64,000 nt of DNA from an uncultured Chloroflexia bacterium (GCA_963766645.1 CAVYAY010000001.1:531020-595019); one strand, 5' to 3'. Counted from the first letter of the stretch, positions 1-9,659 are shown. The notes: generated from the letters alone by a model not told the origin. Made by a program: numbers and translations.

Positions 1-409
1 GTCCCTCGTAATGCTCTTCGAGCAGTGGGTTATCAAAGGAAGCTGCTTCAACCTCGAATTCGAGACCTGGTCGACGAATCGGAGTTTGACCTTTGAACTC
101 ATCGAGTGTCACATAAACGCCGGCGTCAAAGAGATGAGATAACGCTGGTTCCAATCCCTCGCGGCGAACAAGTTCCTGGACGTCTTCAAAACTGAGGCCC
201 GCATGAAGTAGTAAGCGACGATACGGACTTCGAGGGTGACCGTAGACGCCGTGCGCCAGGACGGTTAAGAAGCTCCTTTCCCTGTTCTGGAGTTGGGCTA
301 GAAAAGCGACTTTGGCCTGCTCTAGATCAGTCGTGGCGGCGATGAAGCTTCTGAGGCCGGCTGCGTATCGCCAGCTTCCGTGGACGAGATCGACGGCGTG
401 TCTGAGCAT
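1..409 (-). CDS. N-terminal part of a PaaK / coenzyme-F390-synthetase-like adenylate-forming enzyme; the gene runs off the left window edge
   Basis: My own translation from ATG 409..407 gives MLRHAVDLVHGSWRYAAGLRSFIAATTDLEQAKVAFLAQLQNRERSFLTVLAHGVY... This aligns position-for-position with the N-terminus of ORF 5718..7325 (MLTLTHLTELVRGSWRFAAGLRGFLSRTIDLDEAKG...). It is absent from the ORF track because no stop lies inside the window. Confidence 0.6.
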   Translation of the reverse strand, partial: MLRHAVDLVHGSWRYAAGLRSFIAATTDLEQAKVAFLAQLQNRERSFLTVLAHGVYGHPRSPYRRLLLHAGLSFEDVQELVRREGLEPALSHLFDAGVYVTLDEFKGQTPIRRPGLEFEVEAASFDNPLLEEHYEG

Positions 410-529
410 ATCGGATTAGTAACGATACCCTGCCCATCACATTACCGTCGTCTTCCATGCTGAGGTCGCACCGTAATCCGATAGCACCGATGTCTTCAAC
501 ATGGGTCAAGTCTCACGAGAAACCAGAAG

Positions 530-1657
530 TTAGATCAGGTCACCAGCTGTCAGATGAAGAGCAGCACCAGGTTCCTTTAGCAGGGCCAGTTTATGTGGTT
601 CCAGCCTGAGCGGCAGGCAGACAAGGTTGTAGGACAGCCGGGCGTCGACGAAGCCGTGAGCAGCCAGCACAGCATTGTACGGATGCAAGCGGACCAGTTG
701 GCAGTGCAGCGCTGCTGCCCCTCGCTGCCGCGCGTAGTTCTCCGCCGACTCAACAAGGGACGAAACCACGTCGTCTCGGCCGGGCGCGACGAACAGATCA
801 TCGAGATACGCGCGACCTTTCGACATCTTCACTGCGACATAGCCCAAGATGTGGCTTCGCTCCTCGCTTACGAGCACGGCGTAGTCCCCGCTCCGGCGAT
901 CGCAGTACCGCCAATTGAGGAAGTCCTTGCGTCGCTCCAGGATGAAGTCGAACTGTCGGGACACCTCCGACCACAAATCGTCAACCCGCTGATCAAATTG
1001 CTCGATCCGATGCGGCTTCGTGGCGAGCGTGGGCCACCGGTTCCGCTGCTGCCTCAAAAAGCTGAAATGCTTCAGGCAACTGAATGCGAGGATTCGTAAC
1101 GGGCCATTGCCTCTCAGGCCGCTACTCGAATGCGGAGCCCGTGCCAACCGTTTTGCATCGATCACCTTGACCCGCAGTCTCACCGCATTTCCGAGGTCGA
1201 CCTCTTGTTCCTCCCTACCAAGCGCCCGGACGACAACAGGGTTCACGGGACTTGTGGCAAACAAATCGTGTTCAAGCCTCGCTTCTTCTAGCCACCGTTC
1301 TCGCAGGCTGGAGTACAGGCCCCGCCCCTGGAACGCGGGAGACGTCGCGCTATCCGTTCCATACCACAGCGAAACTTCCGCCCCGCTGAGCAAGGCCGTT
1401 CTTGCGTATCCGATGTGGATGGAGCCGATCCGGCCGCCGACCTCGGCAACCCAGTTCACGCTGGTTGCTGCAGCAGGTGACTCCAGCTGCCAACGCAGGT
1501 GATCTATTGGGTCGACGTCGATATCAAAGCGAGGCCAGAGGCCGTACGCATCTTCGAGTATCTCGAGAAGCCGCGGCAGATCGTTCGGCTGACAATGACG
1601 AAATTCGTACTCTTGATCGACCGATCGCGACATGGTCCGTAGTCTACTGCGCATCAA
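530..1657 (-). CDS. Tandem GNAT-fold N-acetyltransferase-like protein
   Basis: 375 aa ORF. GNAT motif-A-like FQGRGLYSSL in the first half. The second half has a second GNAT-like segment (ILGYVAVKMSKGRAYLDDLFVAPGRDD...ARQRGAAALHCQL). Confidence 0.55.
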   Translation of the reverse strand: MMRSRLRTMSRSVDQEYEFRHCQPNDLPRLLEILEDAYGLWPRFDIDVDPIDHLRWQLESPAAATSVNWVAEVGGRIGSIHIGYARTALLSGAEVSLWYGTDSATSPAFQGRGLYSSLRERWLEEARLEHDLFATSPVNPVVVRALGREEQEVDLGNAVRLRVKVIDAKRLARAPHSSSGLRGNGPLRILAFSCLKHFSFLRQQRNRWPTLATKPHRIEQFDQRVDDLWSEVSRQFDFILERRKDFLNWRYCDRRSGDYAVLVSEERSHILGYVAVKMSKGRAYLDDLFVAPGRDDVVSSLVESAENYARQRGAAALHCQLVRLHPYNAVLAAHGFVDARLSYNLVCLPLRLEPHKLALLKEPGAALHLTAGDLI

Positions 1658-1715
1658 ATTCGGGGCCGACGGAAATGAAATATGGTAAGAAAAGCGCAGT
1701 GTCTAGCTTGCCAAT

Positions 1716-2717
1716 CTAACGATACGAGGTGTCCCTGGCTGCCAGAGCCGTGTTCAGCTGCCAACCACGGTAGGTGGTTGGGGCGAGTCTCACGTAAGAC
1801 TCCAGCAGACGCGCGTATTCCTCCATTGGCTTGAGGTAGTCTCGAGTATCTGGCAATTCGATTGGCGTTTCAATGACGACATCGAATTGGCGAGGACCTC
1901 TCCGCAGTACGAAGACCGGCACGAGTTGAGCGTTCGCTGCCCGTGCCAGCGTAATCGGACCGGTCGGAAGGTCAATCTCTGAATCGAAGAATCTCACCGC
2001 CCGGGTCTGAGAAGCTCGATCCTGGACGAGTATCGAAACAAGGTTGCCCTGCGACAAGCGCTGCTTCAGCTCGCGGAGGCTCTTTGAAGTCTCCCCGGCC
2101 TGCATCATGATTCGGCCCGCGAGATAGCGATTCTCTGCGTTCTGACGAATGGGGTTAAGGAACCGAACCCCGAATGCGGAACGCGAATACCCGTGATCAG
2201 GCCGTGAGAGATGGAAGGATTCATATCCGTGGCGTGCGAGGCCTATCTTTGCTATGAGGCTAGCCGACTCGAAGTGACCTACCCAGAGGATCACGCCGCG
2301 GCCCCCGCTCAATGCGTCGACTAGGTGAGGTTCTCCATGCAGATCGATTTCTGGATTCCATCCTCCAGGTCGGTGGCATCTGAGCACCTCAACCGCTTCG
2401 CGGTGCCAACCAGCAATGACGTCCAGGCTGATTTGGTCCGCCGGCTTTCCGGATAGATCGATGATGTATTGCGGCACTCGCGCGACCGAGGTCTTTCGCC
2501 GGGCTGGCATCAGAAACCCGGTGAGCTGCGAAATGCGACGGCAGATAGGCAGCCAGAGGCTCTCGGGGGTTAGCCACGCAACGAGAGCAAGAATCGGCAA
2601 GGCGACCAACTTCTCGCAGTCAGTTGTCTCAATCCATCGACGGGACAGAAATACCTCCAAGTATCGGCCTCGGTTGGCGCAGGATTTTGGTCGACATGGC
2701 CGCTCGGCGAGACGCAA
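1716..2717 (-). CDS. Lysophospholipid / LpxL(HtrB)-like acyltransferase family protein (weak call)
   Basis: 333 aa ORF. The segment GRGVILWVGHFESASLIAKIGL resembles the H-F-x-x-W-E region of lauroyl/PIM acyltransferases. It sits in a lipid-related operon. The start codon is uncertain. Confidence 0.4.
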   Translation of the reverse strand: MRLAERPCRPKSCANRGRYLEVFLSRRWIETTDCEKLVALPILALVAWLTPESLWLPICRRISQLTGFLMPARRKTSVARVPQYIIDLSGKPADQISLDVIAGWHREAVEVLRCHRPGGWNPEIDLHGEPHLVDALSGGRGVILWVGHFESASLIAKIGLARHGYESFHLSRPDHGYSRSAFGVRFLNPIRQNAENRYLAGRIMMQAGETSKSLRELKQRLSQGNLVSILVQDRASQTRAVRFFDSEIDLPTGPITLARAANAQLVPVFVLRRGPRQFDVVIETPIELPDTRDYLKPMEEYARLLESYVRLAPTTYRGWQLNTALAARDTSYR

Positions 2718-2778
2718 TCAATGCTTAGCAATGGGCGGCGCGGACCTAGTCAGCATGCAAATCCAGACCCGACTCTAC

Positions 2779-4650
2779 TTAATCGATATGGTCGTTTGAC
2801 GACCAATCCAGTCGTTTTAGCGCCTCTACAAGCTTGCGGTTCTCGACCGGCGTTCTTGACGCCACTCGTATGTACTGGTCGCCGTCCTGCATGGACTTGC
2901 CGCCACAGTCCTTGACTAGTGTGTTGTGGTGCTCGAATAGCCATCTCACTAGACCGGGTCCGCTCATGCAAGAATGCTCAAGCTTGAAGAGAACGAAGTT
3001 TGCGTCCGGCCGGATAGGCTGGATGCCCGGAACCTCATGCAGCATCTCGTAGAGCTCGTCACGGTCTTGTTTCACCATCTCGCAGCTGTCCTCGAATTCC
3101 GTCCTGTAGCGTCCAGCAGCCCTCAGGAACTCCTCGGCGAAACCATTGATGTTCCAGATCGGCAATTCGGCCCGGAGTTGAGACACAAAGGCCTGATTGG
3201 AGCTGATGACGTAACCCAGTCGCAGACCAGCAACTCCGAACACCTTACTCATGCTCTTCAACAGAAGGGTGTTCGGATATTCGTCCAGCAAGGGCTGAAT
3301 GCTATTAGCGAGTCCGCTTCGGGAGAAGTCAATGAAGGACTCATCGACCACTAGGCTGATTCCGTGTTGGTGTAATCGACCGGCTAACCGGGCCAAATCA
3401 TCGACCGCCACAGAGGTAGACGTCGGGTTGTTGGGCGTGACAACTATGGCCGCCTGCGAGCCGGCCGCTATCGCGGACTCAGCGAACGAATCCACATCCA
3501 AGTCGAAAGTCGATTGGTCGAGGGGGAAGCGATTCAAGTTCGCGGCCTCGACCACATTCTCGTACTCGTTGAACGATGGCACTGGAATCGTGATCGAAGA
3601 TGCCAGCGATCTACCCAGAATCTTGATGAGCTCTGAAGCCCCATTGGCAACAACCACGTTGTCCGCAGGTGCCCCGGTCCATTCTCCCACCAGTCTTGCC
3701 AGTTCGTTCTGACCCACCGGGTAACTGGTGACGATGTCCCTCATGTTGGCCTCAAATTGAGCCAACATCTCTCTTGGCGGGAAATACAGGTTGTAAAGAT
3801 AAGAGAAGTCCAGGATGCCGTAGCGCCAGTAGCCGCCGTGCAGGCCCTGGATCCTGGCAAGGCGTTCAGCCGGAGGAGCGAATCGGAAGTTAGCCAATTC
3901 GAGGTCGTTATAGTCGTCCACCTCGTACCAATTCAGATCGCTGACATCGACGGCGGCGAACCACGTCCTGCCGTCGGCTATTGGGGTCTTGAACCGGGAT
4001 TCGTAGAAGCTCTGCACGTCACCGGTCTCCACAGCCTGACACAGTGCAGGAACCAGTTCCTCTTCTAAGGAGGCACGACTCAACTTGTAGATGTTTACTG
4101 TCTTGAACACATCACTGTAGTCGAACGCTTCGCCCTGTTCGGCGATGAGGACCATTTCCTCAACGTAGTGGTGTTCGCCGTCGAGGAGCACTACGGTCCC
4201 GGAATGCCATGCACTGAATTCGGAGACGGCCATGGCATCGCCCTCGGCAGACAACATCCTCTGCAGGACCTCCTTCTCGAAGACGATGTCTCCTTCCAGG
4301 AGCAAGATGTCTTGATCAAGGCTCTCACGCGCTTGCCAGAGTGAGACCAAGTTGTTCGTATTGGCGTAATCAGGCGCCCAGACGTACTGGACATCGAGAC
4401 CCTCGTAGGAATTGCCAACCATGTCGACAATTTTCTCGCCCAGGTGGCCGATCACCAGGGTCACGTTGTCGAGGCCGGCCTCGGCCAGGATGGAAAGCGT
4501 CCGGAGAAGAATCGGCCTCCCAGCAACCTCAGCCAGACACTTCGGTATTCCATCGGTAAGCGGTCTGAGACGGCCTCCCGATCCAGCGGCAAGGATTACA
4601 GCCCTGGAAGGTGGGCGAGTTGTGGCTGGACTGGCAACGCGTCTATTCAT
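2779..4650 (-). CDS. Bifunctional nucleotidyltransferase (LicC/MobA-like) fused to a class I/II PLP enzyme (HisC/CobD-like aminotransferase or phospho-amino-acid decarboxylase)
   Basis: N-terminus VILAAGSGGRLRPLTDGIPKCLAEVAGRPIL is the sugar-phosphate/alcohol-phosphate nucleotidyltransferase signature. The C-terminal half has VVTPNNPTSTSV and the PLP-lysine motif LLKSMSKVFGVAGLRLGY. Confidence 0.75.
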   Translation of the reverse strand: MNRRVASPATTRPPSRAVILAAGSGGRLRPLTDGIPKCLAEVAGRPILLRTLSILAEAGLDNVTLVIGHLGEKIVDMVGNSYEGLDVQYVWAPDYANTNNLVSLWQARESLDQDILLLEGDIVFEKEVLQRMLSAEGDAMAVSEFSAWHSGTVVLLDGEHHYVEEMVLIAEQGEAFDYSDVFKTVNIYKLSRASLEEELVPALCQAVETGDVQSFYESRFKTPIADGRTWFAAVDVSDLNWYEVDDYNDLELANFRFAPPAERLARIQGLHGGYWRYGILDFSYLYNLYFPPREMLAQFEANMRDIVTSYPVGQNELARLVGEWTGAPADNVVVANGASELIKILGRSLASSITIPVPSFNEYENVVEAANLNRFPLDQSTFDLDVDSFAESAIAAGSQAAIVVTPNNPTSTSVAVDDLARLAGRLHQHGISLVVDESFIDFSRSGLANSIQPLLDEYPNTLLLKSMSKVFGVAGLRLGYVISSNQAFVSQLRAELPIWNINGFAEEFLRAAGRYRTEFEDSCEMVKQDRDELYEMLHEVPGIQPIRPDANFVLFKLEHSCMSGPGLVRWLFEHHNTLVKDCGGKSMQDGDQYIRVASRTPVENRKLVEALKRLDWSSNDHID

Positions 4651-4906
4651 CGTCAGCTGACTTCGCGAGATTTGGCTGGGTCGCGGCCTCGCAGACCTCC
4701 GTGCCTGTTGGTGCTCTTTCTGCTATCAAATGAAACGCTCCCCGGCACCTAATGTCACAGTGATAGGTTTGGCGGCCAACAACCGGCCCGTGGCGGTCAG
4801 TATCCAACATGACCCGCTCAAACGAGCGATCCGTGTGCTGTTCGCGTCTATCCGAGTCTCCTTGGCCGACTATCCTTTCGTAGCGAATCGGGATTCTACC
4901 TTCAAG

Positions 4907-5725
4907 CTAACTTTCGGCGCTAGCGCCCGATCCCGGGTGTCCGGGCGAACGTGCCTCGGAAGCTTTGAGATCTTCGCGAACGCCCGAGAGGAGGAGGCCG
5001 AGAAACCTCGCGAGGAGAAAGCCGAGGCGCAGGGCCGACGCGACTAGCAAGACACCCAACAAGGCGTATCCATTCAGAGCCATGGCGATGGCAAGTGCAG
5101 TTATAGCGAGGCTCGTGTCCATCACATGGCGGCCCTGCGAGGCAAGCCTGAAGAAGGCTGTGTCTCCTATGTGCCGCTTTAGAATGCCGGTGCGAGTCCC
5201 GGACGGCGCATTGAGTGCCTGGTTGTGCAGCGCCGCAAACCAGCCGCCGGCACTCAATGCGAAAAGACCCGCCAAGGCCGGAGACAACCCATCTTCCGCT
5301 AGATCGGTAAGAGCAACGACCTTCAGCCAGATGATCGCGAGGACTACCGTATGGCTGAGATAGTCCGCCAAGAGATCGATTACGGCACCCTCACTCGATT
5401 CCCTGCCAGTGGCTCGGGCGACTTGGCCGTCACTGCAGTCAAGGGTGTAGGCGATGTGCCAGCCGACGAATACGACCAGTGCCGCAGCCAACATCGACTG
5501 CGCAGGCAGAACGAGGATTACAGCAGCTGTTACAACGTGGACAAGCAGGCCTAGAGTGGAAATAGTGTTCGGCCCGATTCCCAGCCGAATAAACTCTGCT
5601 GACATCTTGGCCGCGAGTCGCTCATTGAGTTGCTGAGAAAGCACCTCCGGAGAACGTGCTGTATTTTCATAAATGAATGCAGCCGTGAAGTTAGTCGGGT
5701 ATTTCGTGGCTTGTCGCCTATCCAT
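4907..5725 (-). CDS. CDP-alcohol phosphatidyltransferase family membrane protein
   Basis: Motif LDCSDGQVARATGRESSEGAVIDLLADYL fits D-G-x2-A-R-x8-G-x3-D-x3-D, and the rest is multi-helix hydrophobic. I trimmed the start to ATG 5725 (MDRRQATKYP...). That start overlaps the upstream TAG (5720..5718) in ATGGATAG. The 5881 start in the ORF track would overlap the upstream gene by 164 nt. Confidence 0.8.
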   Translation of the reverse strand: MDRRQATKYPTNFTAAFIYENTARSPEVLSQQLNERLAAKMSAEFIRLGIGPNTISTLGLLVHVVTAAVILVLPAQSMLAAALVVFVGWHIAYTLDCSDGQVARATGRESSEGAVIDLLADYLSHTVVLAIIWLKVVALTDLAEDGLSPALAGLFALSAGGWFAALHNQALNAPSGTRTGILKRHIGDTAFFRLASQGRHVMDTSLAITALAIAMALNGYALLGVLLVASALRLGFLLARFLGLLLSGVREDLKASEARSPGHPGSGASAES

Positions 5726-7325
5726 GCGGCTCGCTTCCGGCCTCAACTGACCGCGGCTGGAGCACATGGAGCGGCAGAATCTTGCCCGCTCCAGTGGCGA
5801 AGGGCTCTTTCCTCTGCACTCGAAGCGTTCCGCTCTGACGCCACAACTGAGCCTGACGCCGACTCCAGTCAGCGAAACCAAGGTGTTGGAGCACAGCTTC
5901 CACTACGGCCTCTTCATCCAGAGGCCCGTTTCTCGGAGAAACCACTATACTCACACGCGGTACGCCTTCCTCTTCTTCCTCGACCAACTGATAGTCGAGC
6001 GGGCTCCCGCCAAAGCGTTTTGGTAAAGTCTCTTCCAGGAGTTCATGCAGCATGCTGCCCATGAACATTACGCTTCCGCTGGTGAGCTTCTCGTAGCTGC
6101 GCACGGTGTGGATGTGAGTTGTGAAACCGACGTCCTGCCACGGACATCCACAATCTCGCTCCTCGACTACGCCGTAGTCGCCGCTCTCGACGTTGAGCAT
6201 CAGTTTTGGGGCGCTGGTAAGCAAGGTAGTATGGAAGAACGCCTGAACCGTTGAACCTGATTCCAGCTCTTTGGGATGCTGAAGTACGACCACCTTAGTC
6301 TTCAAGATGTGAAGGTCGTCCGGTCCGGAAGGCGTTCCACAGCTCAGTCCTATCGAACCAACTTCGTGCATTGCGTAAGCAGGCATGGCGTTCGCCCCGA
6401 CTCTCTCTAGGACTGCCGCCTTGCCTTCCGTGTAAGGCTCCCCGCCCCCTCGGAAGGTCGTGCCTGCAATATTGGCACCGGCCGCCTCAGCCGCCGTGCA
6501 TAGCTTCACCCAATCGCTCGGCCCACAAAGAACCAGCCCTGGCGTTCCCTTTTCGACGAGCTTCGCCAGGTCGCCAACGATCCCCCTCGCGTCGGGCATG
6601 AATTTCGGCCAGGGTATAGCCCGACCGCAAAGCCTCCCTACAAGGATCGTGGAGGCAATGACCGCGCGACTCTGGAATCCTTGCCGGTTCCTCCGAAGCC
6701 TGGAGGGGGAGAACCACATCATTGGGCTTTGGCCCATGTGCGCCTGCATGAAGACATTTCGAAGGCCGATGGACTCAGACTGCCAGAGGATACATGGTCG
6801 ATCCGCCACACCCTTAACGTGGTGAGACCAAAGGATGTTTGCAGCGTCCAGAGCAAGCAAATCGAAATCAATGTGAACGCGTGTAGGGTCTCCACGCGAG
6901 CCACCGGTACTGCCCTGGTAGTGTGCTGTTAGCAGTGGATTGTCGAAGTCGAAAGCGGTTACGGGAAACTCCAGGCCATGGCGACGAACGGAAGCACGAC
7001 CCTTAAACTCATCCAGCGTGACATAAACCCCGTCTTTGTATAGCTGAGACAGGGCCCGGTCGAGCCCCTGTTCCGTTACAAGCGACCGAACATCTTCGAA
7101 CGTGTAACCAGCATGCTCAAGCAGTCGACGATATGGGCTGTGTGGGTTGCCAAAAATGCCTCGCTCGAGGACCAACAGGAAGGTTGCTTCCCGGCTCTGA
7201 AGCTGGTCGCTAAGGATTCCTTTGGCTTCGTCTAGATCGATGGTTCGGCTTAGGAAGCCGCGCAGGCCCGCGGCAAATCGCCAGCTGCCCCTGACAAGTT
7301 CAGTGAGGTGAGTCAAGGTCAACAT
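5718..7325 (-). CDS. PaaK / coenzyme-F390-synthetase-like adenylate-forming enzyme
   Basis: 535 aa. Family-typical N-terminus (SPYRRLLEHAGYTFEDVRSLV...VYVTLDEFKG) and a P-loop-like STGGSRGDPTRV. Paralog of the truncated gene at 1..409. Confidence 0.55.
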   Translation of the reverse strand: MLTLTHLTELVRGSWRFAAGLRGFLSRTIDLDEAKGILSDQLQSREATFLLVLERGIFGNPHSPYRRLLEHAGYTFEDVRSLVTEQGLDRALSQLYKDGVYVTLDEFKGRASVRRHGLEFPVTAFDFDNPLLTAHYQGSTGGSRGDPTRVHIDFDLLALDAANILWSHHVKGVADRPCILWQSESIGLRNVFMQAHMGQSPMMWFSPSRLRRNRQGFQSRAVIASTILVGRLCGRAIPWPKFMPDARGIVGDLAKLVEKGTPGLVLCGPSDWVKLCTAAEAAGANIAGTTFRGGGEPYTEGKAAVLERVGANAMPAYAMHEVGSIGLSCGTPSGPDDLHILKTKVVVLQHPKELESGSTVQAFFHTTLLTSAPKLMLNVESGDYGVVEERDCGCPWQDVGFTTHIHTVRSYEKLTSGSVMFMGSMLHELLEETLPKRFGGSPLDYQLVEEEEEGVPRVSIVVSPRNGPLDEEAVVEAVLQHLGFADWSRRQAQLWRQSGTLRVQRKEPFATGAGKILPLHVLQPRSVEAGSEPHG

Positions 7326-7469
7326 CGCTGCATTCTAAACGAGCAAATAGGTTCGCCGTTACTCTTTAGCAAACGGTGCAAGTAACGCATGCGCACGACG
7401 TCCCTTGAGCCAAGCGCTGAAAATTGAGACCTTGGCCGGCCCTTGGACATCGCCATTTAGACTTGGAGT

Positions 7470-7496
7470 TGTTGGTAGCGGTACGGGGATTCGAAC
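7470..7496 (-). repeat. Orphan copy of the tRNA-Glu 3' end (T-loop to CCA plus 3 nt); att-like direct repeat
   Basis: tgttggtagcggtacggggattcgaac at 7470..7496 is identical to 38263..38289, in the same orientation. The latter lies inside and just 3' of the intact tRNA-Glu. No acceptor 5' strand, D arm or anticodon arm can be built upstream of the 7470 copy. Confidence 0.8.
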
Positions 7497-7664
7497 TCGG
7501 GAGTCGACCCCGCCCTTCGCCGCTGGTGACCGCAAACAGATTCGGATCACGCCTCCCACCCCCGCTGAAATCCGCTGGGAGCCGCTGGCTCGGGCCGTCA
7601 GGGCAGACTTAGCCACCCAGCAGCCAACGGCCCTCGAAGCGATCTGTCGCAGGAACGACTCGCG

Positions 7665-9659
7665 CTAGCGGCCGCCCCGCAGCCGTGGGTCGATTACGTC
7701 TCTCATCGCGTCGCCCCACAGGTTGAAAGAGAAGACCAGCAGGCCGATTGCGATGCCGGGGTAGAGCGCGAGGCCGGGCGAGACACGCATGTAATCACGG
7801 CCCTCCAGACTCAGCATCTGGCCCCAGCTCGGGAAGGGAGGCTGGATACCGTAGCCGAGGAAGCTGATGCTTGCCTCTAGAAGGATCACGAGGCCGAGCC
7901 GCAATGTGGCGGTGTAGATGATCAGCGGCATGAGGTTCGGTACAACATATCGAATCATCATTCGCGAATCTCTAATGCCCACGACCCGTGCCGCCTCGAT
8001 ATACGGTTCCGCCATGATTGAGAGGGACTGACCTCGAAGTGGCCGTCCACCGGCGAAGCCGGTCACGGTACCGATGACAAAGACCATCTCCCAAAGGCCT
8101 GTTCCAAACACCCCGAGAACCACGAGCAGAACAAGAAGCGTGGGCAGCGAATCGGCTGCATCGACAAGACGGTACATGATCTTGTCGTACCAGCCGCCAT
8201 AATAGGCGGCCGGTACGTTGATGAGAATCTGCAATATGGCTGAAACGAGCGTAGCCCCAAACGCGACGATGACAGCCGTTCGGGCGCCATACAGAAGTCT
8301 GCTGAGCACGTCCCGCCCCAGGTTATCCGTCCCGAGCAGATGACTCCCACTCGATCCTTCAAGGCGATGCGCGAGGTCGATTTCATCGTAGAGATAGACA
8401 AAACTCAGGCTCTCCGCCATCTGATCGGCCAGATAGGGAGCCGGGTCATCCCCGACTCCCGCCATGCCCGAGACCTTGTTTATCGTCGCCGGTACGAGGT
8501 CACCAACGATCACGAAAAAGAGGATGACGACTCCGCAGAAGGCTCCGAGTGGCTTTCGTCTACCGAATCTTGCAGAGGCTTTCGCGAGCCGAGGCAATAA
8601 CGGCACTCGAGCAGGCGATGCCCATTCACCCGTTTCATCAATTACGCCGAACTCTGAAATCGCCACTCGCGGCCCTCCTAGTTGAACCTGATCCTCAGGA
8701 TCGAGGAACGCATAGCTGAGATCTACCAGAAGAACGGCAATCATCAGCAGAACGGCGTAAACAAGAATCACTCCCTGGATAACCGGATAATCGAGGTTGG
8801 CGATCGCGCTTACGAGATATCGACCCATACCTGGGATCGCGAAGATTTGTTCGAAGAGAACGGTGCCCGAGATGATGCCCGGTATGCCAACACCTATCAC
8901 GGTCACGACCGGAATCAACGCATTGCGAAGGGCATGCTTGTAAAGCACTGTATTCTGGCTCAGACCTTTGGCGCGTGCCGTGCGGACGTAGTCCTGGCGC
9001 AGGACCTCTAGCATCTGGGTGCGAACCAGCCGTATCAGTCCACCGCTGGGGGTTAAGCCGATAATCAACGCCGGCATCAACATGATTTTGAAGTGCGCCA
9101 CCGGATCGTTTTGTATGTAGGCAAACCTCAAAGGTGGCGCCCAGTTGAACCACAATGAGCCGAACGTAATGATAACGATGGCGATCCAGAAGTTCGGCAA
9201 GGCAGCGAGAAGAATCCCGAAGCTTCGAAGCCCGTAGTCCGGCCACTGGTCTTGTCTAACAGCCGCGAAAACACCCATGGGAATCGATGCAATAACAGCA
9301 GTGATTTGACCCCAGAAGCCAAGCTCGAAGCTAACGGGGACCCTCCGCTTTAGTTCCGTGACTACTGGACGATGATCCCTGAGAGAGCTACCGAGGTTTC
9401 CTTGCAGGATGCCGCGATCTCCGCCCCAGAACCAGGACAAACCGATCCAATCAGCGTACTGTTCTGGAACACTGGCACTAAGTCCAAGTTCCTTTTCCAG
9501 TCTCCCTTTTAATTCAGGGTTATCGCGACCATATTCACCAAGTATTACATCGACGACATTGGCCGGTATGACTACACGTAAACCGACGAACGTAACCACC
9601 GTTATAATGAACAGCGTTGGAATCGTAAGAAGCAGACGCTGGAAGATGTATTTTTGCAT
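7665..9659 (-). CDS. Fused ABC peptide/nickel-type permease: DppB/OppB-like N-half plus DppC/OppC-like C-half in one frame
   Basis: N-half begins MQKYIFQRLLLTIPTLFIITVVTF... C-half has ...SHLLGTDNLGRDVLSRLLYGARTAV and ends ...DPRLRGGR. The junction reads LDP-EDQVQLGGPRVAISEF. The +1 frame at the junction reads RIRFN-TAG followed by GGAGG-N6-GTG (see the finding at 8664..8700). Confidence 0.85.
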   Translation of the reverse strand: MQKYIFQRLLLTIPTLFIITVVTFVGLRVVIPANVVDVILGEYGRDNPELKGRLEKELGLSASVPEQYADWIGLSWFWGGDRGILQGNLGSSLRDHRPVVTELKRRVPVSFELGFWGQITAVIASIPMGVFAAVRQDQWPDYGLRSFGILLAALPNFWIAIVIITFGSLWFNWAPPLRFAYIQNDPVAHFKIMLMPALIIGLTPSGGLIRLVRTQMLEVLRQDYVRTARAKGLSQNTVLYKHALRNALIPVVTVIGVGIPGIISGTVLFEQIFAIPGMGRYLVSAIANLDYPVIQGVILVYAVLLMIAVLLVDLSYAFLDPEDQVQLGGPRVAISEFGVIDETGEWASPARVPLLPRLAKASARFGRRKPLGAFCGVVILFFVIVGDLVPATINKVSGMAGVGDDPAPYLADQMAESLSFVYLYDEIDLAHRLEGSSGSHLLGTDNLGRDVLSRLLYGARTAVIVAFGATLVSAILQILINVPAAYYGGWYDKIMYRLVDAADSLPTLLVLLVVLGVFGTGLWEMVFVIGTVTGFAGGRPLRGQSLSIMAEPYIEAARVVGIRDSRMMIRYVVPNLMPLIIYTATLRLGLVILLEASISFLGYGIQPPFPSWGQMLSLEGRDYMRVSPGLALYPGIAIGLLVFSFNLWGDAMRDVIDPRLRGGR

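Noticed and set aside
4907-5881. The full 324-aa version of the CDP-alcohol phosphatidyltransferase ORF, and similar long N-terminal extensions of ORFs 12078..13532, 13439..14632, 9865..11874, 32098..33132, 35946..37145, 53439..54500, 50587..52026, 52419..52832 and 59862..60242.
   Set aside because: The extensions overlap the upstream gene or repeat and are Arg/Ser-rich with no conservation. Internal starts give ATGA/GTGA-type coupling or have GGAGG-like sites, and they match the family N-termini.
7326-7664. Possible tmRNA, tRNA-Sec or other structured RNA gene in the 339-nt intergenic region containing the tRNA-like 3' end.
   Set aside because: The 3' end is identical to tRNA-Glu, not to an Ala-type tmRNA acceptor. 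No complementary 5' acceptor strand, D arm or UCA anticodon loop could be built. A CGGG-GTCGACT-CCCG hairpin resembles a T arm, but nothing else fits. No RNase P, SRP or 6S signature strings were seen. It is treated as a tRNA 3' fragment plus unknown sequence.
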